Positions 1 to 9,324 are shown, counted from the first letter of the stretch. The stretch is DNA of 64,000 nt from a virus (IMGVR_UViG_3300050491_000011); one strand, 5' to 3'. The notes: generated by a model from the letters alone, not told the origin. Numbers and translations: made by a program.

Positions 1-51
1 AGAACAGTTACACACTGCGATTCTGGAAGATGGTGAGGCGTAAACTTGCGG

Positions 52-80
52 CATAAAGACGGGGTGGGATTACCCACCCT
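52..80. terminator. Intergenic GC hairpin (GGGTGGG-ATTA-CCCACCC) preceded by GCATAAAG; likely terminator
   Basis: Inverted repeat read directly; lies just past the stop of the minus-strand gene ending at 120. Confidence 0.6.
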
Positions 81-100
81 ATCCTAAACTGCTACAGTTA

Positions 101-108
101 TACATTAC
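101..108 (+). promoter_or_regulatory. TACATTAC putative early (virion-RNAP) promoter motif
   Basis: Exact copy of the motif also found at 11146, 11208, 21243 and 26257; one mismatch from the phiKZ early promoter consensus TATATTAC. Confidence 0.55.
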
Positions 109-119
109 CAACACGTCAA

Positions 120-959
120 TCAGTACTTAGGTCTTGCACCCAAGGACAGCTTAAGGATTTTACGCTTAAGCTCCTGATCAGCAAGCATGCCGACTTTCTT
201 CCAATCGACGTTGAGGTAATCCATGTACATCTGGTCAGCATCAGCGTAACTGTCGACAATCTCCCGGATACGTCCGAGACTTGCGCCAGCACGAATCTGA
301 CCTTCATCCAGATCGATGATCAGGTTGTTGTAGATGTACGCCTTGACGGCACGGAAGACGAGTTCCGCAAACTCCGAGTAGTACATCGGGTCAAGGTTGT
401 TGAAGTTCGCCTCGTGGGACACTCTGACACGTACTGCGCCGTCACCGACCAATTGGTTGATGTCGTTTACCAGAATCGTGTTAATACCTACGAGTTGAAC
501 GTATGCTGTACCCATTACGGTACTGCCGCTAACGGCCCGCATGATGTCACGACCAACCATGAGCATATCGCCAGCACGACGATCGAAACCTGAGTTAGTA
601 CTGCTACTCAGGCCTTGAGTCAAACCGTAGATAAGTTCATGAACAGTTGTGATGTTCCGACCACCCAATGCTTCACGGGGGAATCGGTACACTACGTTGT
701 AAGCATCGATGAAATCAACTTCCGCAAAACACAACGGAAGGAACATTTCAGTACCAGAGTTCAGGTTGACATCGATTGCAACACGAGCCTCAATAACAAG
801 CTCGCGGATACGCTGATCAATTGACAGCCCATTGACGTTATCGAAATAACGCTCTTGGCGAGTTGGGTCGTAACGCTTTGGCATGAATGCTTGCTTCAAG
901 ATATCCGGTGGAATACCGTTCTTGACACGCATGATTGCCACTGTAACCGGATCTGACAT
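120..959 (-). CDS. Conserved Chimalliviridae protein next to phuZ, probably virion structural
   Basis: Long ORF (track starts at 974; ATG at 959 has a GGAGG SD); C-terminal G-x-I-R-x-G-x-x-LGxIREIVDSYADA motif recalled from phiKZ-like virion proteins. Confidence 0.55.
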   Translation of the reverse strand: MSDPVTVAIMRVKNGIPPDILKQAFMPKRYDPTRQERYFDNVNGLSIDQRIRELVIEARVAIDVNLNSGTEMFLPLCFAEVDFIDAYNVVYRFPREALGGRNITTVHELIYGLTQGLSSSTNSGFDRRAGDMLMVGRDIMRAVSGSTVMGTAYVQLVGINTILVNDINQLVGDGAVRVRVSHEANFNNLDPMYYSEFAELVFRAVKAYIYNNLIIDLDEGQIRAGASLGRIREIVDSYADADQMYMDYLNVDWKKVGMLADQELKRKILKLSLGARPKY

Positions 960-1042
960 AACGAATCCCTCCAATAGGACTCAAGTGATTTCGCTTGAAG
1001 CCTCTTACCATTGTTGCACCAACCATCCATTAGGAGCTGTAC

Positions 1043-2050
1043 ATGTCTGAAGTAATCAACACTGGCCTGATCAACGTTCGTCCTCGCACTATCCGTTTCT
1101 ACGCCTGTGGTGGTACTGCAATCAACCAACTGCGCGCTTACCGTGACAACCATCCGGGCGAGCCGCGTCTGCACGGCGACGAGAAATACAGCTACATCGA
1201 TACTTCCTTCGCCAACCTCGACGGCGCTCTGCTGTCCGAAACCTTCACCCTGAAAGGTGTCGATGGTTCCGGTTCCAACCGTAAACAGAACGCGGCGAAG
1301 ATCGTTGCTGCGCTGCCTGAAATCATGTTGGCTCATCAGGCTGCTGATTTCAACGTCGTGATCTTCTCTCTGTCGGGCGGTACTGGCTCTGTTGCCGGTC
1401 CGATCATTCTGAAAGAACTTCTGGCCAAAGGTCACAAAGCTGTCGGCGTTACTTCCGCAGCCTTCACCTCCGGCAAGAAATCCTCCAACGCCATCGATAC
1501 CCTGACTGGCCTGGAGCTGGCTGTTGCGTCCGTCGGCCGTCCGGTTGTTCTGAGCTACACCCCGAACGATCCGAACAAGACCGATTCCGACAACAACATC
1601 AAACCACTGTTCGTTCTGCAAACCCTGGCCAAATTGGCGAGCGGCAAGAACGGCCATCTGGATTCGTCCGACGTGGCGAACCTGTTCGACTTCCACACCG
1701 TAACCAACTACAAGCCATCGCTGGCTCTGCTGGATGTTTACGCCGGTGAAGAACAACTGAAAGCTGACGTCACCAGCGCCATCGGCATTGCCGGTTTGCT
1801 GAAAGACCGCACCAGCGTCATGCCAGCTATCAACGCTGCGTACGACACTGTGGGCTACCTGCCTGAAGACAACCGTGACTTCGCCAACTCCTTCTACTTC
1901 GTCGTTTCCATCGAGAAACTGAACGGCGTCGTGAAAGACATGAACGACCGCAAAGCTCAGGCTGAACTGAAAGAACGCGTCACCAACACTGTCTCCACCC
2001 TTGCTACCGCTGGCGTTGTGGTAGATGAAGCAACCGGCCTGGTCCTCTAA
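1043..2050 (+). CDS. phuZ: Phage tubulin PhuZ
   Basis: Tubulin/FtsZ motifs ACGGTAIN, DTS, GSGSNR and SLSGGTGS; acidic-hydrophobic C-terminal tail (VVVDEATGLVL); AGGAG SD. Confidence 0.95.
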   Translation: MSEVINTGLINVRPRTIRFYACGGTAINQLRAYRDNHPGEPRLHGDEKYSYIDTSFANLDGALLSETFTLKGVDGSGSNRKQNAAKIVAALPEIMLAHQAADFNVVIFSLSGGTGSVAGPIILKELLAKGHKAVGVTSAAFTSGKKSSNAIDTLTGLELAVASVGRPVVLSYTPNDPNKTDSDNNIKPLFVLQTLAKLASGKNGHLDSSDVANLFDFHTVTNYKPSLALLDVYAGEEQLKADVTSAIGIAGLLKDRTSVMPAINAAYDTVGYLPEDNRDFANSFYFVVSIEKLNGVVKDMNDRKAQAELKERVTNTVSTLATAGVVVDEATGLVL

Positions 2051-2068
2051 GACCTGAGCCGTAATTAG

Positions 2069-2098
2069 ACTGCGGGGCCAAGTGCCCCGCGGTTTATG
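2069..2098 (+). terminator. Hairpin GCGGGGC-CAAGT-GCCCCGC followed by TTTATG
   Basis: Inverted repeat directly after the phuZ stop. Confidence 0.65.
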
Positions 2099-2125
2099 CT
2101 CTTAACATGAAACAGGTATACGAAC

Positions 2126-2350
2126 ATGGCTGTAAATCTGAATATGCGTTTTGTCTGTGACCACTGCGGTAACGTAGACGATCTGCATCACACTCATCAA
2201 TCGGGCGGTAACGGTTTTGAATGCCATCGTTGTAAGTTTGGCTACTGGCACAACCACTTCTCCGAAGACAAGTACGATGAAGTCCACCACGTCTGCACCA
2301 ACCGCGTCAACCCATACTTCAATGAAGACGGTTCACCGAAGTTCTGCTAG
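2126..2350 (+). CDS. Small Cys/His-rich putative zinc-ribbon protein
   Basis: CDHC...CHRC pairs plus further C/H residues in 74 aa. Confidence 0.7.
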   Translation: MAVNLNMRFVCDHCGNVDDLHHTHQSGGNGFECHRCKFGYWHNHFSEDKYDEVHHVCTNRVNPYFNEDGSPKFC

Positions 2351-2359
2351 AACCACAAA

Positions 2360-2410
2360 CGCTAGGAGATCCGTAAAACGGTCTCCTAGTGGCGTTCTTT
2401 CTTTTTTGTT
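2360..2410 (+). terminator. Rho-independent terminator
   Basis: Stem CTAGGAGA(T)CCG/CGGTCTCCTAG followed by a long T tract. Confidence 0.8.
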
Positions 2411-2517
2411 ATCACGGTATTCATTTGTAACTGAAACGGCTCCTATGCATCCTGTAGAGCCTTGTAGATGTATTTATCTACAAAACGACCTAATCATGTA
2501 GGCTATAGGGGACACGT

Positions 2518-2910
2518 ATGTTCGAGAATTTAGAGTTACCTGACAGGGTGCTAGATGAAAGACACTTCACAGTTGTCGACATCACCGATCAGGTCGATCT
2601 GCTTAAGAGACACGGTCCATTCCATGAACCAGTAATGGAAGCATGGATGGCGCGGCACTACGCTAAGAATCATGGCGTAGCTTGTGTTAGTGCTAGTTTG
2701 TTCGATAGACCAGCCGAGCACAGCATGTTTGAAAGAATGCAAATGTCGTTAACTGCGACAGAGCTAGGGCTTCGTCCTGTTGACTTCCTTCCAGAGCCAG
2801 AAGATAACTGGCTGGATGAATGCGGCGTCTGGTTCTACGTTCGTGGAAACTATTTAGCAATGGGGAATAGCCGTGCTATTGAAAAATGTTGGCGACGACT
2901 GCGTAATTGA
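2518..2910 (+). CDS. Hypothetical protein, member of the small-gene array (FTVVDITD motif)
   Basis: ORF with GGGGA SD; first gene of a tightly overlapping run. Confidence 0.75.
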   Translation: MFENLELPDRVLDERHFTVVDITDQVDLLKRHGPFHEPVMEAWMARHYAKNHGVACVSASLFDRPAEHSMFERMQMSLTATELGLRPVDFLPEPEDNWLDECGVWFYVRGNYLAMGNSRAIEKCWRRLRN

Positions 2911-3325
2911 TTTCTCAGAGATCAGTGACAATTTCTTCGGTGAAGCTACAAAGTTTACAAAAGAGCCAACATCCAGAGATAGACGAACTGTAGAACGTGT
3001 AGTTGGCGAGATGTTCGATGACTACATGACGAAGAGCATGACTTGGACTAAATCGTTCCATGACTTCAATGAGGGGTACTTCATCAATCGGTTGCCTAAG
3101 TGCTGCCGCGATCATCCGAACATCCGTACGATCATTATCGATGTTTACGATGAGATCTCCGATGTGATGGCTGAGGTGATGTCATTGCCTACATGGTACG
3201 ACGTATCAATGCGTGTATCAGGAACCGCCATCCGTATGGAGGTCGGTGAAGACCAGCGTATAGTTCAGTGGACAGAAGAGCACGGTCATGAGTATTCGAC
3301 TAACTACAACGGTAAAGGATGGTGA
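2873..3325 (+). CDS. Hypothetical protein, array member (CVIDFSE motif)
   Basis: GTG start with GGGGA SD; overlaps the previous gene by 38 nt. Confidence 0.7.
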   Translation: MLLKNVGDDCVIDFSEISDNFFGEATKFTKEPTSRDRRTVERVVGEMFDDYMTKSMTWTKSFHDFNEGYFINRLPKCCRDHPNIRTIIIDVYDEISDVMAEVMSLPTWYDVSMRVSGTAIRMEVGEDQRIVQWTEEHGHEYSTNYNGKGW

Positions 3326-3779
3326 TACTAACGTCCACGCTGTGGACGAGTGGTACTCACGGTTCAAATACACCATGGAGAACAATGGTACAGAGCTCCG
3401 TTGGCTTGACAGGGATGTAAGGAAGTTGATGGTAGACACCGCTCAACTGGTTCTTGATCCTTACTCATCCTCTCTCCAACAGCTCGTTACCAGAAACACC
3501 CGCAATCGGAGGCAGTACCTTGACCTCTTAGATCAGCTGGTGGAGTTCGACAATGAAATTCGGGAGGTTATCAGGGCGTGCTGTGGCAACGGCGGTACAG
3601 TTGCTGACGTCTATATCCCCCACGACAAACTTATACTCGTCTTCCAATTGGAAGAAGTTCGGAGGCCCAATGAAACTGGATTTGAAACTTATATCGAATC
3701 TTGTCGAGGAAGCGGTGAATACATCCACCCAGAACTCGACAAGCACCTCAGGCACTGGAGATCCATCGGCGGCGCCTAG
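3288..3779 (+). CDS. Hypothetical protein, array member (VHAVDEW motif)
   Basis: 163-aa ORF in the co-directional run. Confidence 0.7.
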   Translation: MSIRLTTTVKDGDTNVHAVDEWYSRFKYTMENNGTELRWLDRDVRKLMVDTAQLVLDPYSSSLQQLVTRNTRNRRQYLDLLDQLVEFDNEIREVIRACCGNGGTVADVYIPHDKLILVFQLEEVRRPNETGFETYIESCRGSGEYIHPELDKHLRHWRSIGGA

Positions 3780-4209
3780 CTATTCGTATAAGTACGTTAT
3801 TGTTGATGTCGGTGACTTCAACATGACTGACATATCCGAAAGCACGTTGATCGATCCGGGCGCTCTACTGAAGGCTGTATTGAAGTACGAGTTCTGGGAC
3901 GACGACTTCGACTTCAAACATCTGTCTCAGGACATCCCAGATCCGTCTGAAGGCAACGTATCTCTGGCACTCGACGCTTGGTACGCCGACAACGTAGATC
4001 GCATGCACGACACGTTTGAGTTTCTGCGTGATGTACGGCCGGCTGTTATCAGCGACTGCATCATCGTACACGGTCAATGCCTGATCGAAATCTGTAAGGC
4101 GTTGTCTCCTGAAGCCCAACTTGAATTGGACGATCCAGATCTCCACCTCGAGCCGGCTACGGATCTGGACGAGGATGACGCGGACGTTCAGGACGAAGGT
4201 GATGAATGA
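3670..4209 (+). CDS. Acidic hypothetical protein, array member (YVIVDVGD motif)
   Basis: Track start is 3553; ATG at 3670 has a GGAGG SD (GTG 3715 is an alternative); acidic tail. Confidence 0.65.
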   Translation: MKLDLKLISNLVEEAVNTSTQNSTSTSGTGDPSAAPSYSYKYVIVDVGDFNMTDISESTLIDPGALLKAVLKYEFWDDDFDFKHLSQDIPDPSEGNVSLALDAWYADNVDRMHDTFEFLRDVRPAVISDCIIVHGQCLIEICKALSPEAQLELDDPDLHLEPATDLDEDDADVQDEGDE

Positions 4210-4613
4210 AACTCGGAAGGGGAACACCGCGTTCTCTGATCGTGGATATCGATAACGAATTCCACGAAGCTCTGGTACGTTTGGGCGATCATGTCCCTTC
4301 GTACGAGCGAAACCAGTTCATCCAGTACACCGCTAGCATTCTGTTGATGTCGTTGTTGATGTGCGATAGGGATGGTGCAGTCGATGCATTCGAACGCATT
4401 ACCTCTCTTGCACACATCGATGACCAGAAGAAGCATGCGACTATCTGGGGTGAGTTCTTAGCGTTAGCCAACTACTTCCACAGCCACTACTACCATCATG
4501 ACGAATTGATAAGGGATCTTGAAGACATGATCCCTAAGAACCCGAAGGAATTCGCGGAGCTTATATTCGAGGTAGAGGTTGCTGAGAAGGGTGGTTATCT
4601 GAAGGTGAGTTGA
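4206..4613 (+). CDS. Hypothetical protein, array member (LIVDIDN motif)
   Basis: ATGA start/stop coupling with the previous gene. Confidence 0.75.
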   Translation: MKLGRGTPRSLIVDIDNEFHEALVRLGDHVPSYERNQFIQYTASILLMSLLMCDRDGAVDAFERITSLAHIDDQKKHATIWGEFLALANYFHSHYYHHDELIRDLEDMIPKNPKEFAELIFEVEVAEKGGYLKVS

Positions 4614-5051
4614 ATGACTACAAACCGTGACTCGATTCGGATCATTGCTGAGATCGACGGACACGGCAGCCAGTGCTTATTCAATATCGCTGATGACTTG
4701 CAGAAGATGCCAGACTTTGAAGGTGAAAGCCTCGATTATCTGGCATCTCTGGTTCTCAGTTCGATTGTTGACTATTGGTGTCTAGCGGAGATGGACGAAC
4801 TGTCCTACATCCTAGGCGCCTGCGATGAGTACGATGATGTTGAAATAGGTCGTCGGGCTAAACGCGCACTAATGGATCTGTCGAAAGCCGATCTTATCGA
4901 TTTCCCGGATTTCTATAACACCAAGCTAACTCTGGTTGAGATAGCGCAAGAGCAGGAGAAGAAAGGTTGGAAGAAGTACAGGTTCACTGAGCCTGAAGTT
5001 AACCCCAACCGGAAGTTCTTCGTTGTCTGGATGGAATACCTCGAAGATTAG
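4614..5051 (+). CDS. Hypothetical protein, array member (RIIAEID)
   Basis: Starts immediately after the previous stop; AAGGTG SD. Confidence 0.75.
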   Translation: MTTNRDSIRIIAEIDGHGSQCLFNIADDLQKMPDFEGESLDYLASLVLSSIVDYWCLAEMDELSYILGACDEYDDVEIGRRAKRALMDLSKADLIDFPDFYNTKLTLVEIAQEQEKKGWKKYRFTEPEVNPNRKFFVVWMEYLED

Positions 5052-5060
5052 GGAGGTCAG

Positions 5061-5378
5061 ATGTTGGAAACAGAACAATTTGTTATCGAGATAAATCCTA
5101 ACCACGGCGTATCTGACTCCGCCGTGGGTTTTATGCTGTCTAACTGGGTATTGGACTCCGCTGCCCGTAAGGAATGGCTGAGTACGGAAGTGCTGGTTAC
5201 CCTCACCCATGACTACAACCTCAACCTTAAAACCATTGAGAAGATGTCTGGTGATGTACTGGATGCCTTGGAGGACTGCGGGTTATATGCGCAACTGATG
5301 ACCGACGATCGCAGGCTTAGCTCAGTAACATGTAGGGTTAAGCGCGATGTGGCATTAATTGATCTGGAGTGGACATGA
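5061..5378 (+). CDS. Hypothetical protein, array member (QFVIEIN)
   Basis: GGAGG SD before the ATG. Confidence 0.75.
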   Translation: MLETEQFVIEINPNHGVSDSAVGFMLSNWVLDSAARKEWLSTEVLVTLTHDYNLNLKTIEKMSGDVLDALEDCGLYAQLMTDDRRLSSVTCRVKRDVALIDLEWT

Positions 5379-5746
5379 AAGCAAATACGTTACCAGCTGT
5401 CGCCAACAAAACGATGATCGCTGTTCACAACGACTCACTCAACAGCTTCATTAATACCGAGGATCTATCAGAACACGTCAAGGTTCTATCAGGGATCGCG
5501 TTTGATTTCGTAGCAGCGATGCCAATCTGTCAATATGTTTATAACTGGCCGCCTGCTGAAATCATCCTCGATCGCTGCACCGGGAAGTCAAAGCTTTCCA
5601 CGTTATACAACGCTTTGTTCGATGAACTGTCTGAGAACGGATACCCAGTGTCTGTCCTTATGACCATGCAGGTTGTCCAACATGTCCCGAAACGATATAC
5701 CTTGCTTTCCGTACCACTCGCGTCGCGCCTCGGGAGCCTCCACTGA
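5375..5746 (+). CDS. Hypothetical protein
   Basis: ATGA coupling at 5375 with GGAG SD (track start 5369). Confidence 0.7.
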   Translation: MKANTLPAVANKTMIAVHNDSLNSFINTEDLSEHVKVLSGIAFDFVAAMPICQYVYNWPPAEIILDRCTGKSKLSTLYNALFDELSENGYPVSVLMTMQVVQHVPKRYTLLSVPLASRLGSLH

Positions 5747-6110
5747 TAAGGAGTTCATCGTTGTAGATATTAGCGACCTTGTTCGTGAGTTCTGCAATGA
5801 TGTCGACAGGCAGGTGGAAAGTCTCTCGTACGACATCGAAGGCATCATCAGACAGTATTCGGCTTACCGCCATGTAGGACGGTATGATGAGATCGTAACA
5901 GGTCTGTCAAACAAGTTCCTAGAGCTAGGTTGCGTAAAAGTTGAAGATGATGCGCCAATAATAGCAAGAGCTGCCCTCACGTTGTATCGTGCTATCACCG
6001 ACCATATTCGAGACTTAGAATACTTGGTCGGAGCAATCCACGATGTGAAGTTGAAGCTGAACAGTATCAACCGGCAGATAAGATGTAACGCAATCATGAT
6101 GGTTATCTAA
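5682..6110 (+). CDS. Hypothetical protein, array member (FIVVDISD motif)
   Basis: ATG 5682 with AGGT SD (track start 5673); overlaps the previous gene. Confidence 0.7.
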   Translation: MSRNDIPCFPYHSRRASGASTDKEFIVVDISDLVREFCNDVDRQVESLSYDIEGIIRQYSAYRHVGRYDEIVTGLSNKFLELGCVKVEDDAPIIARAALTLYRAITDHIRDLEYLVGAIHDVKLKLNSINRQIRCNAIMMVI

Positions 6111-6128
6111 CCAGTACGGAGCTGTTTC

Positions 6129-6494
6129 ATGAAAAACCACTGTATCGTAGGCTACAGTCCGGGGTTCTACGATTACCTGCAATCAGTGGGGTATCGTGAA
6201 GTCCCGGAACAAGTGTCAGCGGATGAACCGGACTCCCCTCTGGCCTCCATCGACACACAGTTCGTAAACTGGGAACGCGTTGAGTTCCTTGACTACCTGA
6301 CCAATTGCATGATCGGTATCGAGTCTATTGATCCGGATTATCGGGCTACCGTTGAAAGTCTCTATGAGGCTATTGATGACGATGATTTGAGACAACTGGT
6401 CGAAGAAGGTTCGATCGAAGATTTGATATTTAATGACCGAGGCTATTATCTGGCTCGGCTGGAGAGTGTAAATGCCCCTCAACGAATCTTTTAA
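6129..6494 (+). CDS. Acidic hypothetical protein
   Basis: GGAG SD; 121-aa ORF. Confidence 0.7.
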   Translation: MKNHCIVGYSPGFYDYLQSVGYREVPEQVSADEPDSPLASIDTQFVNWERVEFLDYLTNCMIGIESIDPDYRATVESLYEAIDDDDLRQLVEEGSIEDLIFNDRGYYLARLESVNAPQRIF

Positions 6495-6867
6495 AGGGAA
6501 GGTGCTCAGTTTCGAGCTGAGCTCTGGTATCCGGTATACGAACTACAAGCTGCTGGCCCTGCTCGATGTGGGGACGGTTGTAGCGGTGGGTTTCCAAGCA
6601 GCAGGGGAACATCACCAGAACTTCCCGTACATGCCAGCAGATACTCCAGATGACTTCACGGCGTATTCGTATGCCAAGTTCGTCGATCCGGAGAACAAGA
6701 TCCTGTACGTTGGCGTCCCGTGGATCAAGGAAGGTTCGATTACCGTCCTCGACAACGTCAACTACAACTGCCTGCTCCTGAACCCAACCGCTGCCGAGAT
6801 GGACACCTTCCGTTCAATCCTCGTGGCCTCTGGGTTCGAAGGACGATTCAAGCTCACCGTAGCCTGA
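6472..6867 (+). CDS. Conserved Chimalliviridae protein upstream of the DNA polymerase
   Basis: PDDFTAYSYAKF...GVPWIKEGSI motif recalled from the core gene preceding polB; synteny. Confidence 0.7.
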   Translation: MPLNESFKGKVLSFELSSGIRYTNYKLLALLDVGTVVAVGFQAAGEHHQNFPYMPADTPDDFTAYSYAKFVDPENKILYVGVPWIKEGSITVLDNVNYNCLLLNPTAAEMDTFRSILVASGFEGRFKLTVA

Positions 6868-6869
6868 TC

Positions 6870-6925
6870 ACGCACATCCGCCAGCCGAAAGGTTGGCGGA
6901 TGTGTAGCGTCTTTTTTTTGTTTTG
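6870..6925 (+). terminator. Rho-independent terminator
   Basis: Long stem CACATCCGCCAGCC-GAAA-GGTTGGCGGATGTG plus T tract. Confidence 0.85.
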
Positions 6926-6979
6926 TTGAAAGATACAAACCGTGCCAACAATACGTAGAGTACCTCAGAGGTTTGATTG

Positions 6980-9109
6980 ATGGCTAACGATAACCCGTTC
7001 CTCTTACCAGTAGAGGAATACAAACGTGACATCGATGTCAAGAAAGGCTATATCCAACAGGTAGCCAAGTATCTTTCACTTCAGCTTAAACTCCCTTACG
7101 AGAACACGCTGAAGTACGTCCTTAAGAAAGTAGCTAAGGGCGGCATGTTTGCATTCAAAGATCCTGCAATGCAGCAGTTGATCAAGAAGGCTCGCGGTCA
7201 CCGGGTAGAAGATGAAACCACCTTCCTCGGTTATATCGAAGAGATTCGTGAGTCCGGCCGTATCGTTTCCCCGTCGCTGGTGGTTTACGAACGCCCAGAA
7301 GTAGAACGTTCCGTTACAGCTGAATGGCTGGACGATAACATCGCGGCTCGTAAGAAGTCGAAGAAGGCGATGTTTGAGTTGAAGCAGATCGGTGAACTGA
7401 TGAAGTCTGCTCTTGCGGACTATGATCAGAACGCCCGTAAGATCCGTATCAACTCAGTTTCCGGTATGCGCGGCTTTGAAGGTAACCCAATCTTCTTGGC
7501 AACCGGTCACTCCAGTCTGACATCTATGTGTCGGGCAGCAGCGGGGTACGGTAACGCCACTGTTGAAAGGTTCATGGCGGGGTCGAAGCATTACCATACG
7601 CCAGAGATAGCCAAAGCCAACCTGACAGCCATTACGACTATTGAGCAACTAAGTCGTGTCCAGTTGGTGATCGATGAGTACAACCTCGTCTATCCAAACG
7701 TGGATGACGTGGTAGCAATGGTTAAGCGTTCTGCCGAATTGTACTGGGACATTCCTCACGAGATGGAATTGATCCGCGGTATGGCAGAAGGGATGACTCC
7801 ACTGGAACGTGCCACCGTCTGCTACTCGGGCGACATGTACCACTTGGCTAAGTTCAACCCAGAAGTTGTTCGTAACCTGATGGGTGAGATGATCGCCATT
7901 AATATCGATGACATGGAAGACGTTGATACTGACGCCATCCTCATGACTGTCGATACCACGGCCATCGCTTACATCAACGCCCTGTGTGCAAACATCCTGA
8001 AAGGTAGTACGCACAAGCTGGTTAAAGAGAACAACCCGGCAGGGTGGCAGACCATCGGTCGTACAGCACAACGCTTTAAAGAGGCGTCTGCGAAGTACGC
8101 AACCCTGATCACTAACCTATTTGCGCCTAAGCATCTTCCGCCGACTGTAGCCGCTCTCAAGGGCATTCAGCGCCGTGTATGTCTGGCAGCAGATACCGAC
8201 TCCTCCATCTTCAGTACTGAATACTGGGTTGAGTGGTACACCGGCAGCATGAAGCGTGGGGAAGTAGAGGACCGTATCTGGTATCTCGCCACCTACATGT
8301 CGTGCCAGTGCATTGCGCACAGTCTGGCAATGTTGTCGGCTAACGTTGGTGTGGAACGTTCGCAACTCTTCCGTCTGGCAATGAAGAACGAGTACGCCTT
8401 CCCGGTGTTTGCTCTGACCAACCTTGCTAAGCATTACTTCTCCTTCATGTCCATGCGGGAAGGTAACGTTTACGAAGAGAATGAACTGGAGATCAAAGGT
8501 GTGGAGCTGCGTGGTTCTACTGCGCCTAAGCACATCTTGAAGGCGGCTGAGGAGATGATGGAGAACATCGCTACTCACGTCAACGAAGGTCGGAAGATGA
8601 ATGCGGGTAAACTCCTGCGGTTCGTTGCTGATCACGAGATCGAAACCATCCAGTCCATTAAGCGTGGGGAATACAAATACCTACGTTCTGCTCAGATCAA
8701 GCCGGACAGTAACAAGATGCTTCACCACGAACTGTGGCAAGAAGTGTTTGCTCCTAAGTACGGTGAATCTGTAGCGCCACCGTATCCATGCGTAAAGATC
8801 ACTTCTGAGTTGTCTAACAAGACTAAGACTCAGGAATGGTTGGCGGGTATGGAAGATCAGGAGCTGGCCAAGCGTATGGCAGCGTGGATGATCAAGTGGA
8901 ATCGTAAAGAGATCACTACCTTCTATCTGCCGACCATGGTTATCAAGAATGGTGGTCTTCCAATCGAACTACAGGAAGCTGCAAACGTCCGGAAGTTGGC
9001 CTACCAGATCAACTCAGGCTTCTACCGGATCTTGGAGTCTACTGGCCTTCATTTGGTGGATCGTAACAACTACCGTCTCATCTACGACTTCTTGGGACTG
9101 ACAGCATGA
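6980..9109 (+). CDS. Split family-B DNA polymerase, part carrying motifs B and C (phiKZ gp50-like)
   Basis: Motif B RKIRINSVSG and motif C AADTDSSIF; no exonuclease motifs; ATG 6980 with GAGGT SD. Confidence 0.9.
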   Translation: MANDNPFLLPVEEYKRDIDVKKGYIQQVAKYLSLQLKLPYENTLKYVLKKVAKGGMFAFKDPAMQQLIKKARGHRVEDETTFLGYIEEIRESGRIVSPSLVVYERPEVERSVTAEWLDDNIAARKKSKKAMFELKQIGELMKSALADYDQNARKIRINSVSGMRGFEGNPIFLATGHSSLTSMCRAAAGYGNATVERFMAGSKHYHTPEIAKANLTAITTIEQLSRVQLVIDEYNLVYPNVDDVVAMVKRSAELYWDIPHEMELIRGMAEGMTPLERATVCYSGDMYHLAKFNPEVVRNLMGEMIAINIDDMEDVDTDAILMTVDTTAIAYINALCANILKGSTHKLVKENNPAGWQTIGRTAQRFKEASAKYATLITNLFAPKHLPPTVAALKGIQRRVCLAADTDSSIFSTEYWVEWYTGSMKRGEVEDRIWYLATYMSCQCIAHSLAMLSANVGVERSQLFRLAMKNEYAFPVFALTNLAKHYFSFMSMREGNVYEENELEIKGVELRGSTAPKHILKAAEEMMENIATHVNEGRKMNAGKLLRFVADHEIETIQSIKRGEYKYLRSAQIKPDSNKMLHHELWQEVFAPKYGESVAPPYPCVKITSELSNKTKTQEWLAGMEDQELAKRMAAWMIKWNRKEITTFYLPTMVIKNGGLPIELQEAANVRKLAYQINSGFYRILESTGLHLVDRNNYRLIYDFLGLTA

Positions 9110-9324
9110 GTGATATCGAATCTATTGACATGTTCTCTGCGAATACCCAGTTCCCAGAAGCTGGGGATATTTGTGAACGCTTCATGGTTCAGATCTTTGG
9201 ATCGGTTGCGAAGATCATGGATCATATTCGCGATGAGATCGTGCGTGGCGAGAAGGCGGTGATCGGCATTGTTCTTAACCGTAAGGGTACTTCCATCGAG
9301 GAGTTCTTGGGGGTGAGTGAATGA
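9106..9324 (+). CDS. Hypothetical protein
   Basis: ATGA coupling to the polB stop; 72 aa. Confidence 0.65.
   Translation: MSDIESIDMFSANTQFPEAGDICERFMVQIFGSVAKIMDHIRDEIVRGEKAVIGIVLNRKGTSIEEFLGVSE

Noticed and set aside
2450-2483. TTGTAGAT resembles the 3' end of a Cas12a direct repeat
   Set aside because: It is a single inverted pair with no repeat-spacer periodicity and no cas genes
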